In this document: piece by piece, positions 1 to 42,993 of the stretch
How the letters are laid out: each line of letters opens with the position of its first letter
How positions within the stretch are numbered: position 1 is the stretch's first letter
Assembly: GCA_051294375.1 (NCBI GenBank)
Contig: CM119265.1
Coordinates: 18,524,631 to 18,588,630 of the forward strand
Source: Paraspadella gotoi
Lineage: Eukaryota > Animalia > Chaetognatha
Direction of reading: 5' to 3'
Length of the DNA stretch: 64,000 nt
Notes under the pieces: generated by a model
The model's input: the letters and a program-made list of their open reading frames with translations, nothing else
Databases searched by the model: none
What the model was told of the DNA's origin: nothing
Position numbers and translations under genes: made by a program

Positions 1-36
1 TAATTTCCTAACCTCGATTTATTTGTTTATCATATA

Positions 37-674
37 CAGGGACTTCAATCTGGTATGATACGAAAAAATATAATCGAAACAAAGAGCAATCAGGTAATAA
101 AATTTTTTCATACTAATTAAAAAATATTTGATTTTTTTAAATTGTGTTTTTTCCTTTCTGTTTCATTGTGATTTGATTTAGAACAAAGTTTGAAGAGAGA
201 TTTAACAACGATTTTTATTTCATAGTGAAACGGACATGTTTCGACTCGTATCTTTTTATGATTAATAAGATCCTGTAGCAAATATATAAAAAATATATAT
301 TAAAAATAAAAATTTCAGTTTGGAAAAAAAAATCATAAAAGACGACTTTAATGATAATTAATAATAAATAAGCAAGGTTTTATATGAAATGTTTTTTTAC
401 AATAACAAATCATTAAACTGACTTTTTATCACCAAATTTGTTTATTTTTATATCAGATAACTTTATAATCAGCCTTAAAAATTATTAAATTATTAAAAAC
501 TTAATATTTGAACAAAAAAGAAAAGTAGCTGTGCGCTGGAGACCCACTGTTATTATACTATTGATTTTTGAACATAATAGTTTTCTAACTAATAAATGGT
601 ATAAAAATAATATACAGTGAAAGAATTACAAGTTTAATCAAGTCTTTTTGTATCGCTCCAGCTTGAAGTCCCTG
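37..674. mobile_element. MITE, Tc1/mariner-like (TA target-site duplication)
   Basis: TA|CAGGGACTTCAATCTGGTATGATACGAAAAA at 35-67 is an imperfect ~30-bp inverted repeat of TTTTTGTATCGCTCCAGCTTGAAGTCCCTG|TA ending 674-676; AT-rich non-coding interior. Confidence 0.8.
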
Positions 675-1162
675 TAGAGGTTTTTACATTAGGAAACGGA
701 AAATTTTATCCGAATGAACGACCTTTATTTTTTTTTAAAATATAACGTTCGTGACCAAATAGAATTTGTTAAGGGGAAATGTAAGATAATCGTCAAAAGA
801 CAAAGGTTTAAAAACATCCAATTGGTTGAACAGGATTTGTCGAAATGAATGAAACCAGATAAAAGTTAACTTAATGCAAATAAATATTGACTTATGAGTC
901 ACCAATGTAAATGGACGAACAAAAATAATGTCGGTAAAATTTTACTTTCGCCGACCGGGGTTTTGGCGTCTTATATTATTTAAAAATAATTATTTAAAAA
1001 AAAAAAAGATTATTACCCAAACCCTAAACCCTATTAACCCTATAGTATAGGCCTATACGGTAGGGCAGCAAGAATGTGAAAGAAACAAAAGTGCCATCTC
1101 TGAAACCTATATAATCTTAAGTATACCCATGAAACTTTTAATGTGGTAAGGCAACAAAGTTA

Positions 1163-1637
1163 AGGGTAACCGCACTCAATGGGGTGGTTCAAAAATTTAG
1201 AGCGAGTACATGCTCAGACGAAAATTCATACATTTTATACTTTCAATGGACAAAAAATTGTGTATATGGCTCTATACCCTAGTAATTATTTTTTTAATAT
1301 TTATTTATAGATAGGAAAGGCAAAAAAAAATTGAGATATTTTAAATTTTCAGATAGCTCATAAAAAGTTGTCTACACAAAGTATAATTCTTTTTTAAATA
1401 TTTTTATGATATGTAGGTTAAAAATGAGAAAAACACAAAAAAATAATAGTCATCATCTTTCGCTGATTTTATCATTTTTTTTATTTTCATTGAAAAAACA
1501 TAAGAATTTTTTAAAGCTGTAATTATATTTCTAGTTTAACTTTTTATGCTCTATCAGAACCCATCAAAAAATTTTAAGATTTCAATTTTTTTTTCTCTAT
1601 ATAGTAATATAATAATTTTAACTAAGCGAGTACCCTC
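1163..1637. mobile_element. Interspersed MITE-like repeat (second copy at ~54535-54990)
   Basis: GGGTAACCGCACTCAATGGGGT...AGATAGCTCATAAAAAGTTG...AACTTTTTATGCTCTATCAGAA is co-linear with the VPS13 intron-1 copy; short AGGGTA/TACCCT terminal inversion and internal inverted repeats. Confidence 0.7.
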
Positions 1638-1862
1638 AGAAGAAAGCATTTTTGATTAAAAATATTTTAATACTATATTTTATCAAAGCAATATTTTTTT
1701 AAATGCTAAAAATATTTAAGGAGTTTTAATGAATATACTTACAATTTGAATGTCTATATATCTATCATTATCTACAAAGCATAAACTTTAATTTAAGACC
1801 ATTACCAACTTTCTACGATTTTTCGTTATTAAATTATAAGAAAAATTATAATAAAAAAATTA

Positions 1863-34190
<32,328 letters not shown>

Positions 34191-34339
34191 TTTGATTGGT
34201 CAAAATTATTAAATAAGCTTTGCTATTTAAAGCGCAGGAGTTGTCATACTTTAAAAGAACGATTCTAATTCTTTGCTCGTGTCATGGTTTCAGAGTCTAT
34301 TCAGTCGGAGAGGAAATGCCATCCAAATGAAAGTTAACG

Positions 34340-34420
34340 TCAAAAGCGCTAGCGGTTCGGGACGTGGCGTGGGTCGCGCGCGCGCGGAATCCTTGGCCCT
34401 GCGCTGGATTCGGGTTTGCT
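34340..34420. promoter_or_regulatory. CpG-rich island upstream of WDR47 start (likely promoter)
   Basis: GGGTCGCGCGCGCGCGG CpG cluster ~190 nt upstream of the WDR47 ATG in otherwise AT-rich DNA. Confidence 0.4.
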
Positions 34421-37400
34421 CATCGTGAACTTAAGAGCAATAAACAAGAACTCGGTAAAATTTTACTTTCGCAGACTGGGATTTTCGCTTTTTTAAGTTA
34501 ATGTTTAAATAATAAAAAAATAATAAAAACTATTCCCCATTTTAATTCTAAACCTTTTTAACCTTAATTTACCTTTAATGCTAAATTACTCTTAATCTAT
34601 ACTTTTCCTAAACTCCCTTAACTCTAATCTGTGAATGTAAAATTATGCATAAAAAATAAAATAAAAACTATTAATCATTTTTTTTGGTTCTTATAAATAA
34701 TATTTAAAAAATTTATTATATAAAAAAATCTTAAAAGCACAAGGATCGTCGTAATCGCATAAGGAAAATCTGGATTGACGACAAATTTTGATACTAAAAA
34801 AAATAAAATTTGAGAAAAGAAAATTAATTTATAAACAAAGAAAAATTCAACTTTGCGATTGTCAATTTAAAATAATAATAAAGTACTGAGGAAAATTAAA
34901 GTTACAGTTTCTGAAAAAAAAGAAAAAGCATAAAAATGTATTTTTATAAATTATTTTTAACTTCAACCATTTTTAAATTATAATTCATTGAAATAATGAA
35001 AGACCCCCAACAATGATGTCGTCGGCGATTCGCGCATAAAGCGCGTGGTTTGCGCTTCGGCCTCTATGGGCTTAACCCTGTACCTAATCCATTCCTTCAG
35101 CTCGTAACATCGCTAACAAATATCGTTTAACTTTAACCCAAAACCGGACCCTGATCTAAACCTTAACCCGAGCCAATTTCCCTGGCTTTGCGATTTTACC
35201 ACTACCAGCAAACTTTTCATCCTTAACCCAGGCCTTATACCGAGCAAAAACCCTAACCCTAGTGAAGTCACTAACCAATTAAAAAAATATGTTATATAAT
35301 TATAAATATAATAAAATATCAAAAAAATAATGATAATAATCCTAATCATGTAATCTGTATAAAAGGAAAAGAGTTAATATAAATTAATACATAATGATAA
35401 TCAATTAAAATTAATTAGAGTTTAAACCAATGCTTTATTAAACAAACCACAAATAGGAGACGTTGACAGTTTCAGTACTTCAAGAATTTGAATCCAACAA
35501 TAAAAATATATGAAAGCTTAAAATTAGGGACCAACTCCATAGATAATATAAAATTTTGACTATTAGCAAAGTTTTTTTAGTTATCTTGACTAAATATTTT
35601 TATGCGATAACAAATTATTAATGTAATAATAATTGATTGATATAATAATAATTGATTAATATATAATAATTGATTAATATAATAATAATTGATTGATGTA
35701 ATAGTAATTGATTATTGATTCAATGATAACCAAATATTGATACGATGATAACTAAATAATGGATGCGATGATAACCAAATGATGGATGCGATGATAATCA
35801 TTCATTGATCCGATGATAATCATTCATTGATCCGATGATTATCATTCATTGATCCGATAATAATCCTTCATTGAAGCTATAATCATTTATTGATATGATA
35901 ATAGTCATTTATGGCTGCGATAATAAATATTTATTGATGCAATAATATTTGATATTCATTAATACGATGAAAATCATTCATTGATGCGATAAGTTATTGA
36001 TCGTAAATAAAACAAACAAATACATATATGGGTAAGAAAAAAAAAGGAAAAAAAAAAGAAAAAAAAATAGAAGCTGGACAGCCGCTGCAGAGTTTAAGTT
36101 AAACTTTAACTCGTTTTAAATGAATCAGAAGAAGCAGCAACGGAAAAAAACGAGGTTTATATATATAAAAATTATTTTGTAAATAAAACAAACAAATAAA
36201 TGAAGGAATATGAAACTTAACAAGACCTCAATGATGAAAAGACATATCTAAATATTTAACTTCCTATAGTTACCTCAAAAAAAATTTCCGTCATATGCCC
36301 TGCGTGTTCGAACCGTTTTACTTTAGGATTTAGGATGCTTATTACAATATTAGTTAAAAGTTAATTAACATCTGAGAATAATTGATAATTTTATTTATAT
36401 TTATAATTGGAGCTAAAATTTAAAAATTAAAATGGAAAGGGAGACAACGTATAAATTTTTAAACATGTGAAGTAACGGAAAGAAATTTAGAAATTTTTAA
36501 AGTTTAAATATTAGAAATTTAACGCCTATGGCATTTAAATTATGCTTTTTCTCCATCCGTGCCGGTGTCTGAGGATTGCAGTTTTCCAGATTGCTGTCAT
36601 GATAATTGAAAGAGCGGCCAATACAAGTGGTTCTGCAGATTCGTCCTCTCTTTCAAAAGGCTTCAACTCGAGGCCGACATCAAAACAAACCGGCGGATCC
36701 AAAAGACCACGGCCCACGCCAGGCCCAGGCCGACTCAACAGGACCAGGCCTCTCTTAAAAACATTACTGCTTCCACCTCCTTTATTTAATTCGGTATTTG
36801 TTATTTTCCATTGCATTTTAACATCTCGAAGGTTAATTTTTCCTTTTTTTAAAAATAATTCGGCGGTCAGACTGCTTTTTGTTTGTTAATCGTTAGGCAT
36901 TTGTTAAGCGGGAAATTCTGCTGATATCTTTTCCAACGATTATCTACTGGCTACGGTATTACTGTATATATCCGCATCTTTGCCAGTTTCTATTCTCGTA
37001 TGTTGCAAGTTAGAACTTCATTCATTCAATTTATGAATAATTAATAAATATAAAAGTTTGATTATGACTCCAATATGAGGACGTTCGCATTTCCTCCTGG
37101 ACTTGGGAATGCAAATGTGCTGAAAAAAAAAGCACTTTAACGAGTTCATGGACATAATGACATTATCGCCTGTTATATTTATTCGTTCTTGCTACCTTGC
37201 AGTGTTGATTTTACTTTTTTTACTTTTAATCCTTCATAAACCGGGACCTCGAGCCAATAACTCAAGTTGGCATTCCTGGAGATTAATTTAATACGCTCCA
37301 GAATTCTCTGGGAAAACGAAAAGCAAGGATCCAGGATTGCCCTCAAGTTTATTCTAGCAGTTTCCTATAATTAAAACAAACTTTAAAATTTTAATTAATT

Positions 37401-37443
37401 TGTTCTCATCGTTGCTCTTATCATTTACATTGAATAATCAGCA

Positions 37444-38206
37444 TTCCTGGAGATCAATACGCTGTGGAGGTATATGGAAAAGGAAGAGCAAGCTTTTTCT
37501 TAAAGAATTAATGGGAAAAAAAGAAATAATGGAAAAGGATAATTTCTCCGAAAAAAAATTAAAGGAATTCAGATATTATAATTTTTTAATATTTATTATT
37601 TTTGTTATATATTTAGGTAAAAATTAATGTTATGATAAATTATGGTTAAGAATAAATTAATAAAAAAAATAAATTAGGGTTAAGGGTAAGTTAAGGTTAG
37701 GGGTCAGTTAGGGTTACGGGTAAATTAAGGTTAAATTTAAAATTAAGTTTTAGCTTAAAAATTTAAATAATTTAAAAGAAATATTTTAATATTAATAAAT
37801 TTATAAAAAAAAATATATATAATATATAATATTTATAAAATAACCATTTTTTTATTTATGATTACAACAATCATTTTATAATTCGGAGAGAGAAAGGATA
37901 TGAAAGTTAATATTTAAATATTTTTTAAAACTATCAAAACTGGTTGATAAAGGTTCGAAGAACAAAAACCGAAAAATCTGAATTATTAAATGATTGTTGT
38001 AATCATAAATAAAAACTTTATTACTTAGTAAATATTTAATAAAGTAACGAAAAAAAAATATTATAAATACTAATATTTAAAAAAAAAATCCTTCGCCGTG
38101 AAGCTTATCATCGTTTTTAATATTGTTTCTTTTCCGTAAAGAAGCGAATTTTATTTTATTTTATTTTTTTTCCCATAAGCCTCCAGAGCGTATTCAACTC
38201 CGGGAT
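37444..38206. mobile_element. MITE with ~35-bp imperfect terminal inverted repeats
   Basis: TCCTGGAGATCAATACGCTGTGGAGGTATATGGAA vs TCCCATAAGCCTCCAGAGCGTATTCAACTCCGGGA; internal TTAGGG-like array ~37675-37735. Confidence 0.7.
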
Positions 38207-38300
38207 CGCCGAATAATCAAAATTGTTATTATTTTTAATTCTGGCTTAGTTTTTTTAAATTTTCAGTGAAAGAGATATTTTTTTAAAAAAAAATTGTACA

Positions 38301-38950
38301 ATGCGAGCGTTAATTCAAAGAGTTTCTAAGGCCAGCGTCGTTGTGGATAATACCGTCGTCAGTACTATAAAAAATGGCATCTGTGTTCTTTTGGGAATTT
38401 GTCGAGAGGTGATTCTTATTAATTATAGGCCGAATTTTTAAAAAACAATTACATCTATTTAATGTTGTTGTTGGTTTTTTGTAGGATACTTTTGCAGATG
38501 TGGAGTATATCGCTCGAAAATTGTTGAATTTACGACTTTTTGACGACGATCATGGAAAGCGCTGGGCAAAAAGCGTTAAAGATAAAAATTTCGATATTTT
38601 GTGCGTCAGTCAATTTACATTACACGCAGTTTTAAAGGGTAATAAACCGGATTTTCATCAGTCAATGGATGGGACTATAAGTAAGCCTTTGTTTGATTCG
38701 TGTATTAATCTTCTGGAACAAGGCTACAATGCGGAGAAAATCAAAACTGGTGTAAGTTATTTCTTATTTCAGTATTAACAGTATCAAACTGAATGCATTT
38801 AAATATATTTTTTAGGTATTTGGTGCAATGATGCAAGTCGAAATTACAAATGATGGTCCTGTCACGATATCCTTGGATTCTAGTCACATTGAATTTAAAC
38901 AGAAAAATGGCACGTTTCTTGACCAAATGCGTTGTAATTTAATGATCTAA
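38301..38950 (+). CDS. DTD1: D-aminoacyl-tRNA deacylase 1 (domain; probably fused to downstream AIMP3 exons)
   Basis: Exons 38301-38408 (MRALIQRVSKASV), 38485-38751 (LRLFDD, SQFTL, KGNKPDFH), 38816- (FGAMMQVEITNDGPVTI; catalytic Gly-Pro intact). Unspliced read-through stops at TAA 38948-38950. Confidence 0.95.
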
Positions 38951-38988
38951 TATCAGTTAGCACGAGAATAATTACGGTCGTTCTACAG

Positions 38989-39615
38989 GAAAAGTATCCA
39001 GAGGGCCTACTCAAACTACCGCTCAATCAAGAGAAATGAAGGATGGCAATACTTCCCAAGAGAAAGAAGAAACACGAATTGTAAATAAAAGGATAAAATA
39101 CTTTATTAATCATAAGTATATGAATTAGGATCATGTTTTTATAGGTAAATGATCATGAATCTGGAAATACTTTTGTTGATCATTGGAACGAACGTCTTCA
39201 GGCCTGCGCAACGATTTTAGGAGCGCAAATTAGTTTTCCTATAGAATCGGTTCTCACTACTCTAAAAGCCATGGCAGCAGATTACGATGCTGACCTTCTT
39301 GGAAAATCTGATGAGGAACACGCTCTAGTTGATCAGTGGATTTACTATGGGATTGAGCGCTTTGACGAAAATGCCAAAGATTTCCCGTCTATGAAAGAAA
39401 TTGACGATTATCTTTCTTCGAGAGTGTTCTTTGTCGGGCACAACTTAACGATTGTTGATATTTTTGTATTCGTATGTCTGCATCAACGAGTATCACTGTT
39501 CACGCTCCTGGAGAAAGAAAATTTATTAAACTTACTCAGATGGTTTGCTTGGGTACAAAAGTCTTTCCACACAACATTATCCCCAGTTGTTTTTCAGCGA
39601 TCTCTGTTGTACTGA
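38989..39615 (+). CDS. EEF1E1: AIMP3/p18 GST-like scaffold of the multi-aminoacyl-tRNA synthetase complex
   Basis: Exons 38989-39080 and 39145-39615 (phase-0 GT-AG). LLGKSDEEHALVDQWIYY, YLSSRVFFVGHNLTIVD, EKENLLNLLRWF and SPVVFQRSLLY parallel human AIMP3 LLGSTAEEKAIVQQWLEY, YLEDKVYLTGYNFTLAD, EKEKYLNVSRWF and SSVVFIKNRLY (recalled). Confidence 0.85.
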
Positions 39616-39801
39616 TGTTATTATACTTCTAAAATATTTTTGAAGTTACCTGCTTCGTTGAATAACATGTATTCGTGTTGTTCGCTGAGGTCTGCCATGG
39701 ATGCTCGTAGCTCAAACTTGAGCATTTGCTGTGTTGAACATTAGCCTTATTTATTATTTTAAAATTTTGTGTTTTAGATTCTATTTAAATATTCAGACAA
39801 A

Positions 39802-42800
39802 ATGAGTTTGTCTTTCGGAGCTCCTGCATCAGCTCCCGCTGCGTCAATGGCACAGCCATTGTTTGGGACGACTACCTCAACAACATCCACAGTAGCACCA
39901 ACTTTTCCCTCGTTTGGTTTTGGCGCAACAAATCCAGCAACATCGACAACTGGTAATAGTAATAATAATTTCGATCTTATGTGCGGTAGTGTGTAATAGG
40001 TAAAGTTTTTTTTTTACCACACTCTTACGGTAGGTGCTACAAATTTGTTTTCCAAGCCGGCAACGAACACCGTGACATTCGCTCCTCAGCCACAAACTTC
40101 TACGGGATTCACCTTTGCCTCACCTGCACTTAGCGTCGCTCCCGCTCCCATTGTAACCTCATCCATTCCCTCGGTCACAGCGCCTACAATCACGACGGCA
40201 CAGCCAAAGGTCGGTCTCGGGGGTGTTAATCCCGAGTCAAACTCCTTAGGATTTTCATCGGGAAGTGCTGGCCCCTCCGGTTCCGGAACCGACACCAGCA
40301 AGACGAATGAACAGCAGTCACTGAAAGAGCAGGAAATTCCAGCTTCGCTTAAAGCGGAGGTCACTTCCTTTAAGGAGCATGTCAAACGCGTTAAGACTGT
40401 TCGCGAAAATATCGCCCGTTTTTCAGCGAAGCCTTTCCACAAGGTTTTGGAAGATGTGAACGCTATGAGCAAACTCTTAGCCGAACTGAGCAACAATCTT
40501 CATAAAAATGTGACTACGGTGGAGAAGCTTCGGTTTGACACGCACCGCGATCTGAAAAACGCCGAGATAGCTGTCCGCACTCGCGATACGCCGCCAGGAC
40601 TGCAGTATGAGAACGTGGCCCCAATGACCTATTTTCAATACATGGTTGACGACTTCGAAGCCAGAATGCAGACCTATCGGCAACAGATAGAACAGTTGGA
40701 GAGTTACTTAGCCGTCTCCACCGGTATTCAAGCGACCACGCTTTCTCCGCAAACGTTGGCGACGCTCATTCAGCAAATTCAGGATTCCTTTATGCAAATT
40801 GCCGGTGAGGTCCAGCGACAATTACTTAATTTTATAGTCATGATTCTTGTAGTATTAGTGTCTAGTAATAGTTTATAATTGATTCGGTCTTGCATACCAG
40901 ATGGAAAATAATAAAACAAAGTAGATTTAATAATTTATTCATTGTGAAAGAGCAATTACTTAGTAAATGAATTGTGGGAGTCCTTTGAAACCGAATAACA
41001 AATCAATGTGTAAAGTATTTACAATAATTTATGTATATTTTATATATATGTATATTGTATAAACGTATCAAGCAAACGAAAGAAATAATGAAAAGTCGAA
41101 TATAGTATTTAATATTGTACTTATGTACATTAACGAAATAAAATATTTAGGTCGAGCAGGTAGCATCAACGTTGCTGGTTGAGGCTATTTATTGCCCAGA
41201 CGGATCGATGATCCAAGGTGACCCGATTCGAAGTCGTCCAGGGAATGATAGTCGATAATATTTTTGCCTAATTAGGTCAACTTCAAGTCGTTCACGAGAA
41301 AATTCAAACGCAGAAAGAACATTATCTTAACTACCGAAAGTTCATTCTTGACGATGAGAGTGACATTTTCGCTAGCGACAGCTCAAAGCCCTCAAGTAAG
41401 AGAGGAGGACGCCAGTCGTTGGCCTCCACGGGCCCGCCTCCCTTCGGGTCAACGTTTGCTCAAAAATCCACGATGGCGTCGATCTTTGCAGCATTGCAGG
41501 CCACTCAGCAACCCGCCGTAACTCAACAGCAAGTAGTTAGTATCAAAAATAATTTTTTGTTGAAAGAGTTCTTTTTAATATGTTCATTGTTAAACTAATT
41601 TTCTGATTAAATGAAATGTATCAGATGCCCACTGCGACGCCGGGCACGATGCCATTCATCAACCCTGGTTCCACCGGCAACGCCGCTCCGCCAACGCTAT
41701 CGCTTGGAGCCTCGAAACCGACAGATCTATGGGGAAAAATTCAACAGAATCAACCTCCTTTTGGGGCAGTAGGCGAGTTTTAAAAATTGGGTAGTTACTA
41801 ATTAGGGGCTATTCTGATCGGTGCTAATAGGATTAGTTTAGTGCCACACAGACAGGACAAATTACCGCTTCAGAACTTCGGATCTACTGGTGGGTTAAAA
41901 ACCAATGGGGCGCGAACCCAAGGCCGCTTTGTGGGAAGAGAGAATGCTCGCTCTTACGCCACTGCTGCTTCGCCGATGGAATGAAGCGGATAGTGAATAA
42001 GTGAAGTAACTTAATATGTTGCCACATTAGTTATTAGTTAATTATTTTTATTAATTTTTTGTGCTCCTATTTTCAGAAGACAAAACTCTTTCTTCTCTCC
42101 ATAATATTATTAATTTATTTATTATTTAATTAATATTAGATCTAATAATTAGTATTTTATGTAAGATATCTTTTGAGGCAAAATGATTTTGTTTCACAAC
42201 GAATTTTATTTTTATCATATAAACGTACATGTTTCGTTTATATGATAAAAATAAAATTCGTTGTGAAACAAAATCATTTTGCCTCAATACATATAACAAC
42301 GAAAAAGAAAGGTTATTACCACTATGTAAGATATCTTACACTTTTCAAAACTTTTCAAAACTTTTCAAAAAATTAGTCTATTGTAATAAAAGTTTTTGTA
42401 CATCAAGAAAAGTAATTTAATGGAATATTGAAAAATATGAATACACATGATATTTTAAGCTATTAATTACCCTATTAAAAGCAGCAGACCCTTAAAATTT
42501 CGCTAATCTTTGCAATACAAGAACGCTTTGCAGCGTTTAAAATCAGTTGTATTCATTGTAACTTGATAATTGAATAACATATCTTGCTGAAGTGAAAGTG
42601 TTTTACTTAGTTTCATAGCCTTTTTTATAAATTCGCCTCAGGAAATGCCTCAGCCTTTACCAATTCATCTTTCAACGCGTCTGGCGCCGGCGGTTTTGGC
42701 TTGCCCGCTTTGTCGCAGACCTCTTACAACTCTGCTGGGACTCTTTTTGGAGCGAATCCCAACGCGGCTACAGTTTTTGGCACTCCAGCCACAGCCCCGT

Positions 42801-42847
42801 TAACCCTCGCAAAACCTCCCGCAGGAAATAAGAGAGGAAAAAGATAA
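39802..42847 (+). CDS. NUP58: Nucleoporin p58/p45
   Basis: Exons 39802-39952, 40034-40804, 41276-41532, 41625-41772, 42642-42847. FG-rich termini, VGLGG, LKNAEIA.RT..TPPGLQYEN.AP..YF, YRQQIEQLE, YLNYRKF, C-terminal KPPAGNKRGKR typical of metazoan Nup58. Confidence 0.92.
41800..41975 (-). mobile_element. Probable tRNA-derived SINE fragment in NUP58 intron
   Basis: Minus strand shows A-box-like TGGCGTAAGAGCG and B-box-like GGGTTCGCGCCC about 30 nt apart. Confidence 0.4.
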
Positions 42848-42993
42848 ACGTGTTTCCCTGAGACTTTTTATAGCTGATCTTTTAAAATTTTTGTCCATCT
42901 GTATAGAAACTATTTTTGGATTTAATATACTTTTTGCATCTGGAAAATAGTGTTTCAAACGACGGATTAACTAAAGTTGAAAGACCCAGAAAA

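Noticed and set aside
35610-36010. CRISPR-like regular repeats
   Set aside because: Tandem minisatellite without unique spacers in a eukaryotic context; no cas genes.
36535-37290. Possible small gene or retroelement fragment between WDR47 and DTD1
   Set aside because: No frame gives a recognisable product; the short hydrophobic ORF at ~37147 is under 50 aa and abuts a MITE end.
39640-39745. H/ACA snoRNA-like hairpin between AIMP3 and NUP58
   Set aside because: ATAACA and ACA motifs and one hairpin are present, but no convincing first hairpin; insufficient support.
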